Assembly (NCBI GenBank): GCA_012026655.1
Contig: JAAILG010000650.1
Location: 1-64,000, forward strand
DNA from: Hydrolagus affinis
Lineage: Eukaryota
Direction: 5' to 3'
Length of the DNA stretch: 64,000 nucleotides
Shown here one piece after another: positions 12,224-23,200 of the stretch. The notes beneath the pieces were generated by a model that was not told the origin of the DNA, ran no database searches, and saw only the letters and a list, made by a program, of their open reading frames with translations. The position numbers and the translations under genes were made by a program. Within the stretch, counting starts at the first letter, position 1, and each line of letters starts with the position of its first letter.

Positions 12224-12393
12224 GGAGCGGAGAAACTGAAGGCCCGGCCTCCGATGGTGGGGCGGTTCGGGCGGGGGGCTTGGAGCAGGCCGAGTCCTGC
12301 TGAACGGTGGGCTTGTAGGGGGAGAGTAAAGTGGTTAAATAGGGCGGGGCAAGGCCGTGTAAGGCCTTGAAGGTGAGGACGAGGATCTTGAAC
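12224..12393 (-). mobile_element. Young L2 LINE ORF2 C-terminal fragment (5'-truncated, runs into the gap)
   Basis: Minus strand translates FKILVLTFKALHGLAPPYLTTLLSPYKPT, then after a frameshift RSAGLGLLQAPRPNRPTIGGRAFSFSA, the typical L2 ORF2 C-terminus. The segment is GC- and CpG-rich. Confidence 0.92.
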
Positions 12394-15300
12394 TAACACA
12401 ATACTTTTCCTCTCATTATCCATCGATACATATTTTTCATCAAATAGGATTTTAAGGAAATGTACATTCAAAATACCTTCAGAAAATTACGGGGAAATAA
12501 TGGGGGAGTTCTGAGGATAAAGGAACACTTACAATAGCACTGAGATTTCCAGTTTTAATAGAAAAAGCTTTGGCGCAGTAAACAAATACTATGCTAGCTA
12601 GCTTTATCATTCGGTATTGTTGATGAAAATCTCTAAACACTGTTAGATGTAGAATGTAAGGATATAACACATAATATAACATTACAGTATGATTCCTTCA
12701 CTGATCGGGTCAGCCAGCCTCTGAGCAAAATATCAATTGCATTGTCGCTCAAGGCTGCACCAACCACTCCAAGCAATAATGTTAAAATAAAATCCAAATG
12801 ACCTTTACTTGGCAACGCACACAGACTCCAAAATACTAGTTTCATTTTCCTATCACTCTGGGTCAGACAAGATTAACCCTCCAAGTGGAGTCAGGCCGGA
12901 GGAAAACACCCGACTCTGTGCCTAGGGTTTGTGGGAAGTTGCCAATGTGAGATTGAAGATAAACAGGACGATTGCAGTAATTAAGCTCCTCAAACATTAC
13001 GTTATCATTATAATAGTATAATAAACATGTGTTTATAATAAACATACATTTATTATACATACGTTTATTTTAATATTAAACATATATTTATTATAGTATT
13101 AAAATCATACTTATGCAACTGGTGCTTATTAGTACAGTGCTTTGGTTCCCTCACAGTTCCCAGTTTGTCTACGCCAAGCTTAGCACCAATTAAGAACATT
13201 TCATCACTCCCAAGGGCACAAGGATTATTTTAGCCTGCATTTCTGGAATATTGAAGTCTTCACCGTAAATTCGTAAACCAAGCTGTAAATTCACACGGTG
13301 CTCGAACCAGATAAACTGCTGTTTTTCTTCAATGGGACTTAACCAATGACAATTGGGTGTGGAGTTCTTGTTATTCCTGCTTTGGAGACATCACAGATTA
13401 GATTTAGAGGAATGAAGAGTATTTCCTAAAGATGTACCATGTTACTTAATCATCAGTGACTCTATGCCCACAAAGTTTAGCACCACTTCAGTGTGTGCAA
13501 TGTGTTTTTAGTACATTGTCACCTCAAAACCTCACTCGAATATTAGTTTTAGTGTGAAGCAAATTTCAATTTCAGAGACTTGTGGCTCTTGTTTATTGCA
13601 GTATTGATTCTATAACCACCAGCAAAATTATTTTAAACCACCTAGGACCACACTTGAGCACGGAACAGAATAAGGAACAGAATTGAACCATTCTTGTTAT
13701 GTTGCCCTAACCATATCAGTAGATTACCCAATGCCCATAAACTTTAATCTATGAGGAATTTGCAGTTGATAGAAATGGATTATCTGGTTGAGTAAATCCA
13801 TTAAAATTTCACATATGTCAAAGCACTATAATTTACACTCATTTTAAAAAATCCACAACTTTCTCTCTTCCGAAGCACTGGTCTCTTGTCAGCTATGATT
13901 CAAAGGCTCCAATATTCTTTGTGACTTGTATGAACCAAATAAATAGGAAACTATATAGATCTACTCAGCGAAGTAGGTTCTGCAAGGGGTTGAAATATCA
14001 CCAAGAAGCTCCTCTTGGTAATTCCGTACAGGTCTGCAGTATTTTAAACCATTTACATCCAACTAAAATACCCTAGTCTTTTAATCATGTAATTGAGTAA
14101 TAGAATTCGGAAACACCACTTCTGAACAATTCCAGTATTTGAACAGTATTCGCTTAAACTCATTGAAGTTTATAAGTCACAGTGTAGTGGATCCTCTGAT
14201 TGGTAAATGGCGCAGAGCTGGCCTTCCATTCATTTGTTGAACGTGTGAAACTTTCTCAGAAACTCTTCACTATATCTCCTCCATGTCCATTCATCGATTC
14301 AATTCAGCAGCTGTGCTTCTTTCTGCTAAAGCCATTTCTGCTGCTGTGGCTCCTCCAATAAATGAAATGCCTTGTCTGTTGTTTCATGAAAGGAATCAAG
14401 CTCTGAAGAGCACTCCCTCCAAGACAGTGAACATTATAGATCCTGTCCATTTTAATAGAGATCATAGTACCCTTTGCATACATAACAGGAAAATGTTACA
14501 TTATTTCTCTATCAGATTCATTTGTGCTTTTAGTACTATTGCTTGGTCATTAATATTTCATAAATTATTGTATATTGCCCATAATGTCATCGTGACTAAG
14601 AGTACTCTCTTCTTTAGGCTTTTAGCCTTTGCCAAATGTCACGACCATAATCTGCTATTCATTAACTTCTTTCCATCGGTAGTCTAAACTTGTTTCTGGC
14701 ATTGAAACATAGCTTATACCATATCATCCTGTAAGTAAGGTGAGTTTTAGTTTGCCTCCTGTGTTAGAAACTGACCAGTAGAATCAAAAAAGAATGTTGC
14801 ATTTCATTTCTTCTACTTGTATTCCCCAAACCTCAAAATCTTCCAACAATTTTGATTTATTCATTTATATAACCACGGTGGCAGCAGAAATTGGAGTAAG
14901 CCTGTCAGTCTAATGTTAAATTAAATTGAATTTCACTCCTGTACAAATGGGAATCAAACATAACATTTGAAAAGGAAAAAGGGTAGCCACTGCTGATTTT
15001 GATGCTCTTTGAAGAGTTTGATTGACACTTGTCTATTCCGATGAGGCCAATTCCCACAACATTGCAACAACAATATACAGATCCCTTTTCTTCTGAAGGG
15101 TCACAATCCCACCCACAAACTGGACAATTGCTGTATCATTCATTCTTCCATTGACTCCTATGACAGGCAAGAAGCACTAGAAAGAATTTTATCATAAGCC
15201 GATTATTATAAATGGTGATCTTCAAAGTGATCTTTTCATTACTTGCATATAATGGGATGTAAGGGAAAGATCACTAATTTTATTACTTTTCTGCAAAGCC

Positions 15301-16019
15301 ACAGTGCCATAGTTAATGGGTGGCGTGTTAGAGTTTGTAATTCTGAATATCTCTTCATGAGGTCTATTATAATTTAATGTTGAATAGTTAATGCAAAGTA
15401 CAATAATTAAATAGTTCCTACTTCCTTGCCCTTAGCTCTAGTATGTTTGGCTGAAGAACAATATTATGTAATTCAGAACCAATCATTGCACTCATTGATT
15501 TTAAAGGAATTAATGTATTTATTCTTAAATGGTCGAAATAATTCCTACCTGACTACCAAGGCTAGTATTTCAAAACTGCAATAAAATATCTCCAAATATG
15601 TTAGTGTTGAGAGCTGAGACTGAACGTCATAGTTGAATGAAATAAATAGTATAAAATATTCAGGGCGAAAAGATGAGAAAGCCAATTGGATACATTATTA
15701 TGAAGTAGCGAAACTCATTATGAAAATTGTACTGTTCACTGCCAGCCTAGAGGTTACCATTACAGCAGCAGAATAGATCTCTCACCATTAAAAATGTAGT
15801 GTTATTTTTACCATCTGAAGAACATAAGCAAACCAGAAATGGGGTAATGATAATAATCTTTGCATTTGATCTGGTCTCCTACTTAACAAAACTAAGGAGT
15901 TGTGATTGTTTTCAGCAGTAAAGTAAAGGACATGCCATGCCACCAGACAGGAGAGAAATTAATCCCGCTCTAATTTACCCATGGAGAAATCAGTGACTTG
16001 CTTCTGTTTATCTGGCCAG

Positions 16020-16110
16020 ATAAAATTGGTCACCCACTTCATGACAGTTTGTGGCGCTTTACTGTGTGCAAATTGGCTACCAAAATGCACTCTTAACAGT
16101 ATAGTGACTG
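16020..16110 (+). mobile_element. SINE body fragment
   Basis: ttggtcacccacttcatgacagtttgtggcgctttactgtgtgcaaattggctacc matches the shared SINE core. Confidence 0.55.
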
Positions 16111-19100
16111 TTTGTTTCAGCTCCATAATACAGTACTGTACACGCAAGGATTCTACTGTAAAAGATGGTGGAATGTACAAGTGACTCAAGCAAGGAAACT
16201 GTAAAGGAAACTGATGCAAGATTTTCTGAAAAAGCATCTACTTTGCATGATCACAGAGCTTTAAGTGAGGTACAATTTAACAGTACAGTATAAGATATAC
16301 TGTTAAATAGAGTCGGTCACTTTTAACCAAATCCCGAATCATACTCGGTGGGATAGGATAAGGCAGAGCACGGAATCAGGGCTTAGCTTCTCTGACAACA
16401 GTGACAATTCTTCAAACTTTAAACCTGATGCCTCCATATCATAAGATACAGCAGTGAGTAAGGGAATGAGCATCTCTTTTAAAACCAGCACTTGTGGTAT
16501 CAACATTATATTTTAGGAACTGAGGGGGCAGCACATTTTAAAAACACGCTGGTTGTAAAACCGGGCTGCTGGTCATATTAATTCATACAAGCAAGTGCAG
16601 ATCAAACTGGCATTTTTATTGTTGTAAAATTGTCATACAACAAAAGGATGCATTTAGGTAGCACCTTCCATGTAAAAGAAACATCTGAAAGGGCTTTACA
16701 AAGTGAGATTAACTAAAAATTAAGCGAATGTTGTTGCGTAGACAAAAGTAGTGGTTTATTTGGGCCGATAACATCCTGTTATCAACATGGCACAGCCAGT
16801 TCACCAGCCAATTTTTTTAAGTCCTCTTTTGAACTCTACATGACCAGTGACCTCCGTTTAAGTTAAATACTCATTTTATGAAGAAACACAATGCCTCTGT
16901 GTATAAAACGAACAACATTGTCCTCAGATAACAGTCAAAACATTCACTGTGAATATTGTATTTGTATGGCTGTAGGGTGACCTTAGTATGAACGATAGGG
17001 CACTACCATGAGGTTGGCTATCACACGGAACTTAGCGGTGATCAGATTTACCTTACACAGTCCCCACACTCCTGGTAACCATACTCGCTTGGAGGGAAAG
17101 ATTAACATTTGCACACTGTTAGAGACAAATATAAGATTTTACTAATTTCGAGATGATTATTATTATTTTACAAATTCAAACTCATTTCACACTCCCACCT
17201 TGCAAGAATTATTATTGAATGCTCCATCATGGCCATCACATAGCGATCTGGAACCCAGTCCTCTCTCCTATCTAAACGAAGAAGCTTTTCGAGCAGAGTA
17301 GTGTCAGTTTGATATCTTTGAAGCATTTGTTTCAGGCAGCTGGCAACTGGATTAAAGCTCTTTCTGTGAGGGAAAAGTCAGTGGAACTTTTTTTCTTTGT
17401 TATGACAAATGTACGGCTGGGAGGACAGTCGTTAAAGTGCGGTGCTCATCTGTCTGCAGAGAGTAGTCCTTAGGGTGACAAGTGATGGCCGAAGCCTTGT
17501 TAAGACCTAAATGGAATGAATTATTCCAACCAAAGCTTTTCCTCCACTGGGTCTGCTTTTAATGAAATGGTAATAAATCTAAAAACATACTGCACGTTTG
17601 TGACACAATGTTGAAGTTTAAGATGGCTGGCATTTTCAATACCGTGCGATATAATATTTCGATATGATGCATGTGTTGAAAAATCAAGTTTAATTTATTT
17701 TATATCGAAGGTTAGATCCATAAAAATGGGTGATTTGGTGGGTGATTTGGGGCATTTGCAATATAGTGAGATCTTAGTCCACTTGCAGACAGACAGAATT
17801 AACATGCCACCAATTAAACATTCCAATAGGAACACATGATTTATTGATTGATTAGTTCAGTGCTCAGTTTGCTGGTTGATTGACTGAGTAAATCTCTTCA
17901 GACAATCGAGATAACCTGACAACTACTTCGCAGTTTAAACTGCAATGTTGAACAGCCCATACCTGTCTCTGGACATTTAATTGCTGGTCCTGAAGAATGT
18001 TAACTGTCGGAAGCAATCAACAAGCAGCAAAATGACTGTGCCAAATGGCCAGTCAGACTGTAGGACCATAAATGAAGGGGTCAACTATCTATAGTGATTA
18101 GCTATAGGGCAGTGCTGCAATGTGATGGTTTGAAAGTATTTCAGTTTGGCATTCTGCTCTTAATTGCTATTCAGGCGCAAAAATTAAAACAATAATCACT
18201 TTAGTGGGTTCAAGTACTGAGTATAAATTCAACAAATTTCAAGTGAGAGTAGAGAGTTTTTATTAGGAGAAATTTATAACAATTTAGATGTTAATATATT
18301 AGATTGACATCAACAGTGTTTGTTCAAATACTTTTAGTTTTGAGATAGAAGTTTCATAGTTTCTCTATTTGCTCAGATAATTGTGTATATTAGAAAGAGT
18401 TCCAATATAATCTGTAAAACTCATTATGGCTTGAATTACACTTCCATATGTTCTTGTATTGAAATACTTGTTGGATGAAGTATTGGTGTTAATTCACTGT
18501 GAGTTCAATAGAGGTTGCACTTCAATTCTAGATGACGGAAAACAAAGTGCTTTGTTAGACTTTGTTGCATAGTTCAACTGTGACACAGTCTTGTGTGTAT
18601 TATGTTAGGTGCATTACAAGTTTTTTTTGTATAATTCATTACCATTCTGACTTGTAAGTTTTTGTGCTGTGAATACTGGTGTACTTGCCTCAACAGTAAG
18701 CTTGAACAACAGACATTGGTTTGTTATTTAGTGTGACTTGCGTGACATCTGATGTTACACAGAGGTGAACTGTGGTCCTGTGCTATGTACAGTATTTGAT
18801 CAGTATCCCTGAGGTCTTAGTCTGGGAGTATAACAGCAATTGCTCCCATCAGATCACGTCCCAAAATTCAAGCAGCATGGAAGACAGGGTATGAAATTAG
18901 CCCGAGAAACATGACTGAGGGCATAACGATAAGACAGGAACATAGGTTCATGATCAAAATACACAAGCTTGAGCAAAAAACAGCATCTGGGAAGAAAGGA
19001 AATAACTCTTAGTTAATGGAAGGTGGATTGGCTCAAGCGATGGCATTACATACTAGGAGCCTGTACAGTACAGTTATAAAATGAGCTGCACAGTAACATT

Positions 19101-19301
19101 ATGAATGCATGGTAAGTGTACATTCAGGCTGGGAGCCCAAACAGTCATATTAAAGACTAGCAATCTGTGTAGTAACTCTACAAAAATTAACAGCCTTATA
19201 AACTAATTGAGCCACACCTACAGATCAGGGACCCACGCAGCAACATTGGAAATGGTTCTGATAGTAATAAGTTGAGATCTGTGAACCACTGACAGTGCAA
19301 T

Positions 19302-19430
19302 AAACAACAATATTACATTTGTATATTGCCTTTCATGTTAGGAGGATGTACCAAGGTGCTGGACAGACAGTATTTTGGACCTAAGTTGGGGGTCGAAGTT
19401 GCGAAGGGTACGGGGTAGGGGGGGGGTGGT
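19302..19430 (-). mobile_element. L2 3' end (tail plus C-rich 3' UTR)
   Basis: aaacaacaatattacatttgtatattgcctttcatgttaggaggatgtaccaaggtgctg is the reverse complement of the L2 tail, followed by a G-rich tract. Confidence 0.7.
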
Positions 19431-21174
19431 AATCCGGTTGATAAACTCCAAATATTACATGTAACGTCCTCAAAATTTGGGATTTCACTGATGAGCAAGC
19501 AGACCGGTGAATTCTATTTCAGATGAATCAATCACGCATTAATATCTTAAAGGAACAATATCATTGCACTGAGGTACTTTTGGTTAGATTCAGTTCCCAG
19601 AGCAGCCAGCAACAGAATGCTCAGACATTCAACGACAACAACAACTTTGATTTGTATAGCGCCCTCCACACCAGACGATGCTTAGTTTTATTCAGTCCAG
19701 ACATTCACTGCTGGAGAAATGTGCAGCAAATGTCATAGCCAACTGCAATGTGACCTTTTGTAGTGGAGCTTTCAGAGTTTATTTTTTATCATGAAAAATA
19801 ATTTATAGCAGCAGATAGGATAAGTGACAGCGATTTCCTGGTACATTCCTATGTGTACAAACATGGTCAAATAGCTTTCAGGAAACTATACTACTGATTA
19901 CCTTTGGGGATCAGGGAGTATTTATGTAGAACTTTCCCTTGGGAAATTAAATAGGTGGAGTAGAGGCCATGATTGTCCCTTTCCATGTTTCTCATGTATT
20001 ACAGTGGCAATGCCCATTAACAACATCTCCTTAAATACAGGCAGATTGTGTGCATCGATCTGTCCCATCTAAAATTGTGCCTTATTCTGTATATAGTAAT
20101 TGTGCCATTTTGCTCTTGTTCTGCAATCCAATTCTATGGCCGTTTCTCATACATTCTCTCTAAGTAGTCATCGATTGGCAATGGCGCTCCCTGCACTCAC
20201 TCTTAGAATAGTAATTCTCAGTCAGAAGAAGGAAGGTTATTGAGGGAATTCAGATGATAAGTCCAATCACGCTGGAGTGCAAACACCAAGGCGATTTAAT
20301 AATCCAGGACAGCGGTATAAAGTGACAATGTGAACCGCAATGCCATGCTGACAATGTTTCATTTTATCTCCAAGTAACCTTTGGATCACAATCTATCACA
20401 ATCTAACAATAGAGCCACAAATAGAGCTAGTATGCTTTGATCTAACAAATCCTTGCTTCCTGTGTGTGAGTGGTTTAAAGCCACAAGGAGACTACGCACT
20501 TACACATTTTTAATGTCAGGTTTCATGTGTCAATATAATTGAATTTATGTTACTTTATAAATGTAGCATTTTTTTTCAAACCTTTGTCTTTAGTAGTTCT
20601 CTTAGTGAGCATTTATACATCACAATCCCAGCATGATGCTAGTCAAATAGTGGATCAATAATGCATTTCCTTCAGCTTTTATCATCACATGAACAAATTT
20701 GTTGCTAATCTTCTGGGAATTTCATTTCGTTCTTCTGAGCAACCACTTGAAAGTTTCACTATTGTTCATGTGTATACTCTTATGAATTCAGAGTTTGGGG
20801 GATTTAACTACAACAATATCATTGTAATCACTGTAGATTCAACAGGTGAATGATTGAAATACTGTGCTAATGGTAACTTGTGAACTGGGTAGTAGAATTT
20901 ATCTCCTCATCCAGGAGATTTAGTATCAAATGTAGCCAAATGGATAAGTATGTACGTGCAAGTAGTACAGTATATGATTCTGGTAACATAATCTTAGTTC
21001 AATACTATATTCCAAAAGTACATTGAATGAATTTGAATACTGTATATTCTTAACACAGCAGCTTTTGAAAAAAATCTTGTATTTTTTTTTAATTTTGTGC
21101 ATGAATACAGACACATGTTGCCTTATGTGCAGTCAATTCTAATTTGCCTTCTTTTACCCCTTTCTCTCCTGGCC

Positions 21175-21252
21175 CCAATTCCATGACTGTTTGTGGGATA
21201 CTGCTGTGCGCAATTTGGCTGCCGCATTTCGCTCACAAATATACAGTCAATT
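21175..21252 (+). mobile_element. SINE body fragment fused to an L2 3' end
   Basis: caattccatgactgtttgtgggatactgctgtgcgcaatttggctgccgcatttcgctcacaaatatacagtcaatt. Confidence 0.85.
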
Positions 21253-21391
21253 TTCCTACTCTTCTTCATCCTGCCCCGACCCTCTCCCATCCCTGCTCTT
21301 GTCCCTACCTAACCGTACAGCGCCTTGGGACGTCCTCTCGACATGAAAGGCGCTATATAAATGTAAGCTTTGATTGATTTTTTGATTGATT
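21253..21391 (+). mobile_element. L2 3' end, (GATT)n-ended
   Basis: C-rich UTR followed by cagcgccttgggacgtcctctcgacatgaaaggcgctatataaatgtaagctttgattgatt. Confidence 0.82.
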
Positions 21392-21422
21392 TTCCCAATC
21401 TTACATTTGAAAGAGCAGCAAA

Positions 21423-21566
21423 AATAATAATAATAATCCTTGCATTTGATATAGCGCCTTTTCATGTCAAGAGGATGCCTCAAAGCGCTTCACATAATTT
21501 ATTGTAATGTGTAATGACTGTGTGCCTTTGTGGGTAAACAGGGTAGGGTAGCCAATTAGCTCACAG
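21423..21566 (-). mobile_element. SINE 3' fragment
   Basis: aataataataatccttgcatttgatatagcgccttttcatgtc...ctcaaagcgcttcaca. Confidence 0.8.
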
Positions 21567-22230
21567 AAATTGTAGCAGATAAGAATGGGAATGGTTTGAC
21601 GAAGCCGGTGGAATGGAGAACTGGGGAGCGAATGTGTGCAGGCAAGGGGGATGCCACTACTAAAGCAGGGATTGTGTATCCATGGTTTTGTATACACAGC
21701 TACCATACTAAAGCTACTCGAATGTCCCTATTCTTCAATTATGCAATAAAACTGTTCAACAAAATAATGGTTGTCGCTGGTATTATGTACATCATAAATT
21801 GTTATATGACCCCCCGACCAATCCGAAGAGTCTTAGAAAGATGGGTAATGTTACTCACAAACTGGGGAGACCCAATTAATCACTTAATCCGGCATAAAAA
21901 GGACCACATAACCTTCCTCTTGGCCAGCCAACACGCACATCACTATGCCTGCTGGAGCAATTATTTCAGGAAGCATTTCATTAAATATCGAAAGATAATT
22001 TTTATTTAAAAAAGGAATTAGTCAGCATTATTTGCTCTCGCTCAATGCTGCGACTTTACCCAGAGAAAGCCTTTCTGCTATAATCGCAACATGACATAAG
22101 TACCTCTGAGTAACATTAAAAGGTAATACAATAGGGATGTATGTAAATGTAAGTAGTCTGATGTGCTACATAGTAGAGATCCATATATACTAGAGAAATA
22201 TCATGAGATAATAACAAAGTATATAATAGG

Positions 22231-22539
22231 GATAATAATAATAATCCTTGCATTTGATATAGCACATCTTCTAGATGTCTCAAAGAGCTTCACAGAATAT
22301 ACTGTAAAACTAATTGACGGTATATTTGTGGGTGAAATCACAGCAGCCAGTTGCTCACAGCAGTGTCCCACAAACAGTCGTGGATTGAAGTGACTATTAT
22401 ATTACTGTTTTTTTTTCTGGAGGGATTATTATCAGGCATGTAGAGTAAGGAAACTTTCCCAAGGTTTTGACCTGCTGGAATCAAACCCAGGTCTCTCGTT
22501 TGCGAGGCGAGTGCTTTAACCGCTGAGCTACAGGACTCC
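22231..22539 (-). mobile_element. Young tRNA-derived SINE, full length
   Basis: Runs from the (TAA)n tail to ...ggcgagtgctttaaccgctgagctacaggactcc, the reverse complement of the head. Confidence 0.93.
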
Positions 22540-23103
22540 ACAAGATTTTTTCCATACAAAATTAAGAGGGATGTATTAAGTGTAAAAAAATTAGACAAAA
22601 GATAGATACATAAGTGGATGCACTTGTAAATTGCATCCACAGCATTTCACTGCAAAAGACGGTCAATAAGGTCTTCAGCTAATAGTATCATCTTTGCCTA
22701 GATAATGATAAATTGGGTCCCTCTGCTGCCTGGAGAGACACAGTTTGCTCACAGTATGATATAAAATTCAATATGGCCTTTGTGTCAACAAACGTGATGG
22801 AACAATTGGAAGCAAGGCACTTTGATCAATAATTAATCTCAACATTAAAAAGCATTTTCTTTGCTTGACGGAGCATTGATTGCATAGTCATGTAGAATAA
22901 TTGACCTTCTTTATCGAATCATAGTTTTTAACCTTACTCTTAGAACAAAATCTTTCAGGCGCTTGAACCAACTTTAAACCGTTAAATGCTTTAGCAAAAA
23001 AGTATGTAATCATAAGTAAAGGCAAAATCATAAATGAAATATCATTAGATAAAGATATCAGAGCTTACAATGTAGTATTATAGATGTTCACTTAAAAAGA
23101 ACC

Positions 23104-23200
23104 CAGTCACTGCAGTTTATATCATTTGAAGCATTTTGAGATGGCCTTCCAGCGTGAAAGACATTAGATCATATGTAAAGATTATTATGATTATTGTTAT
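23104..23200 (+). mobile_element. Old SINE tail fragment
   Basis: cagtcactgcagttt...tgaagcattttgagatggccttccagcgtgaaagacatt...gattattatgattatt. Confidence 0.6.

Noticed and set aside
11925-12471. ORFs spanning the N run
   Set aside because: Artefacts of reading through the gap; only the L2 portion is real coding relic.
13000-13110. Extremely AT-rich tract
   Set aside because: Low complexity with no periodic or structural signal beyond composition.
14283-14687. 134-aa ORF, and similar 100-137 aa ORFs at 6227, 7590, 21596, 26065, 36399 and 53543
   Set aside because: No recognisable domain, composition typical of random AT-rich DNA (Cys/Phe/Leu/Ile-rich), and no supported splice context.
19386-19430. 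G-quadruplex-like tract as a regulatory element
   Set aside because: It is explained as the reverse complement of the C-rich L2 3' UTR attached to the tail at 19302.
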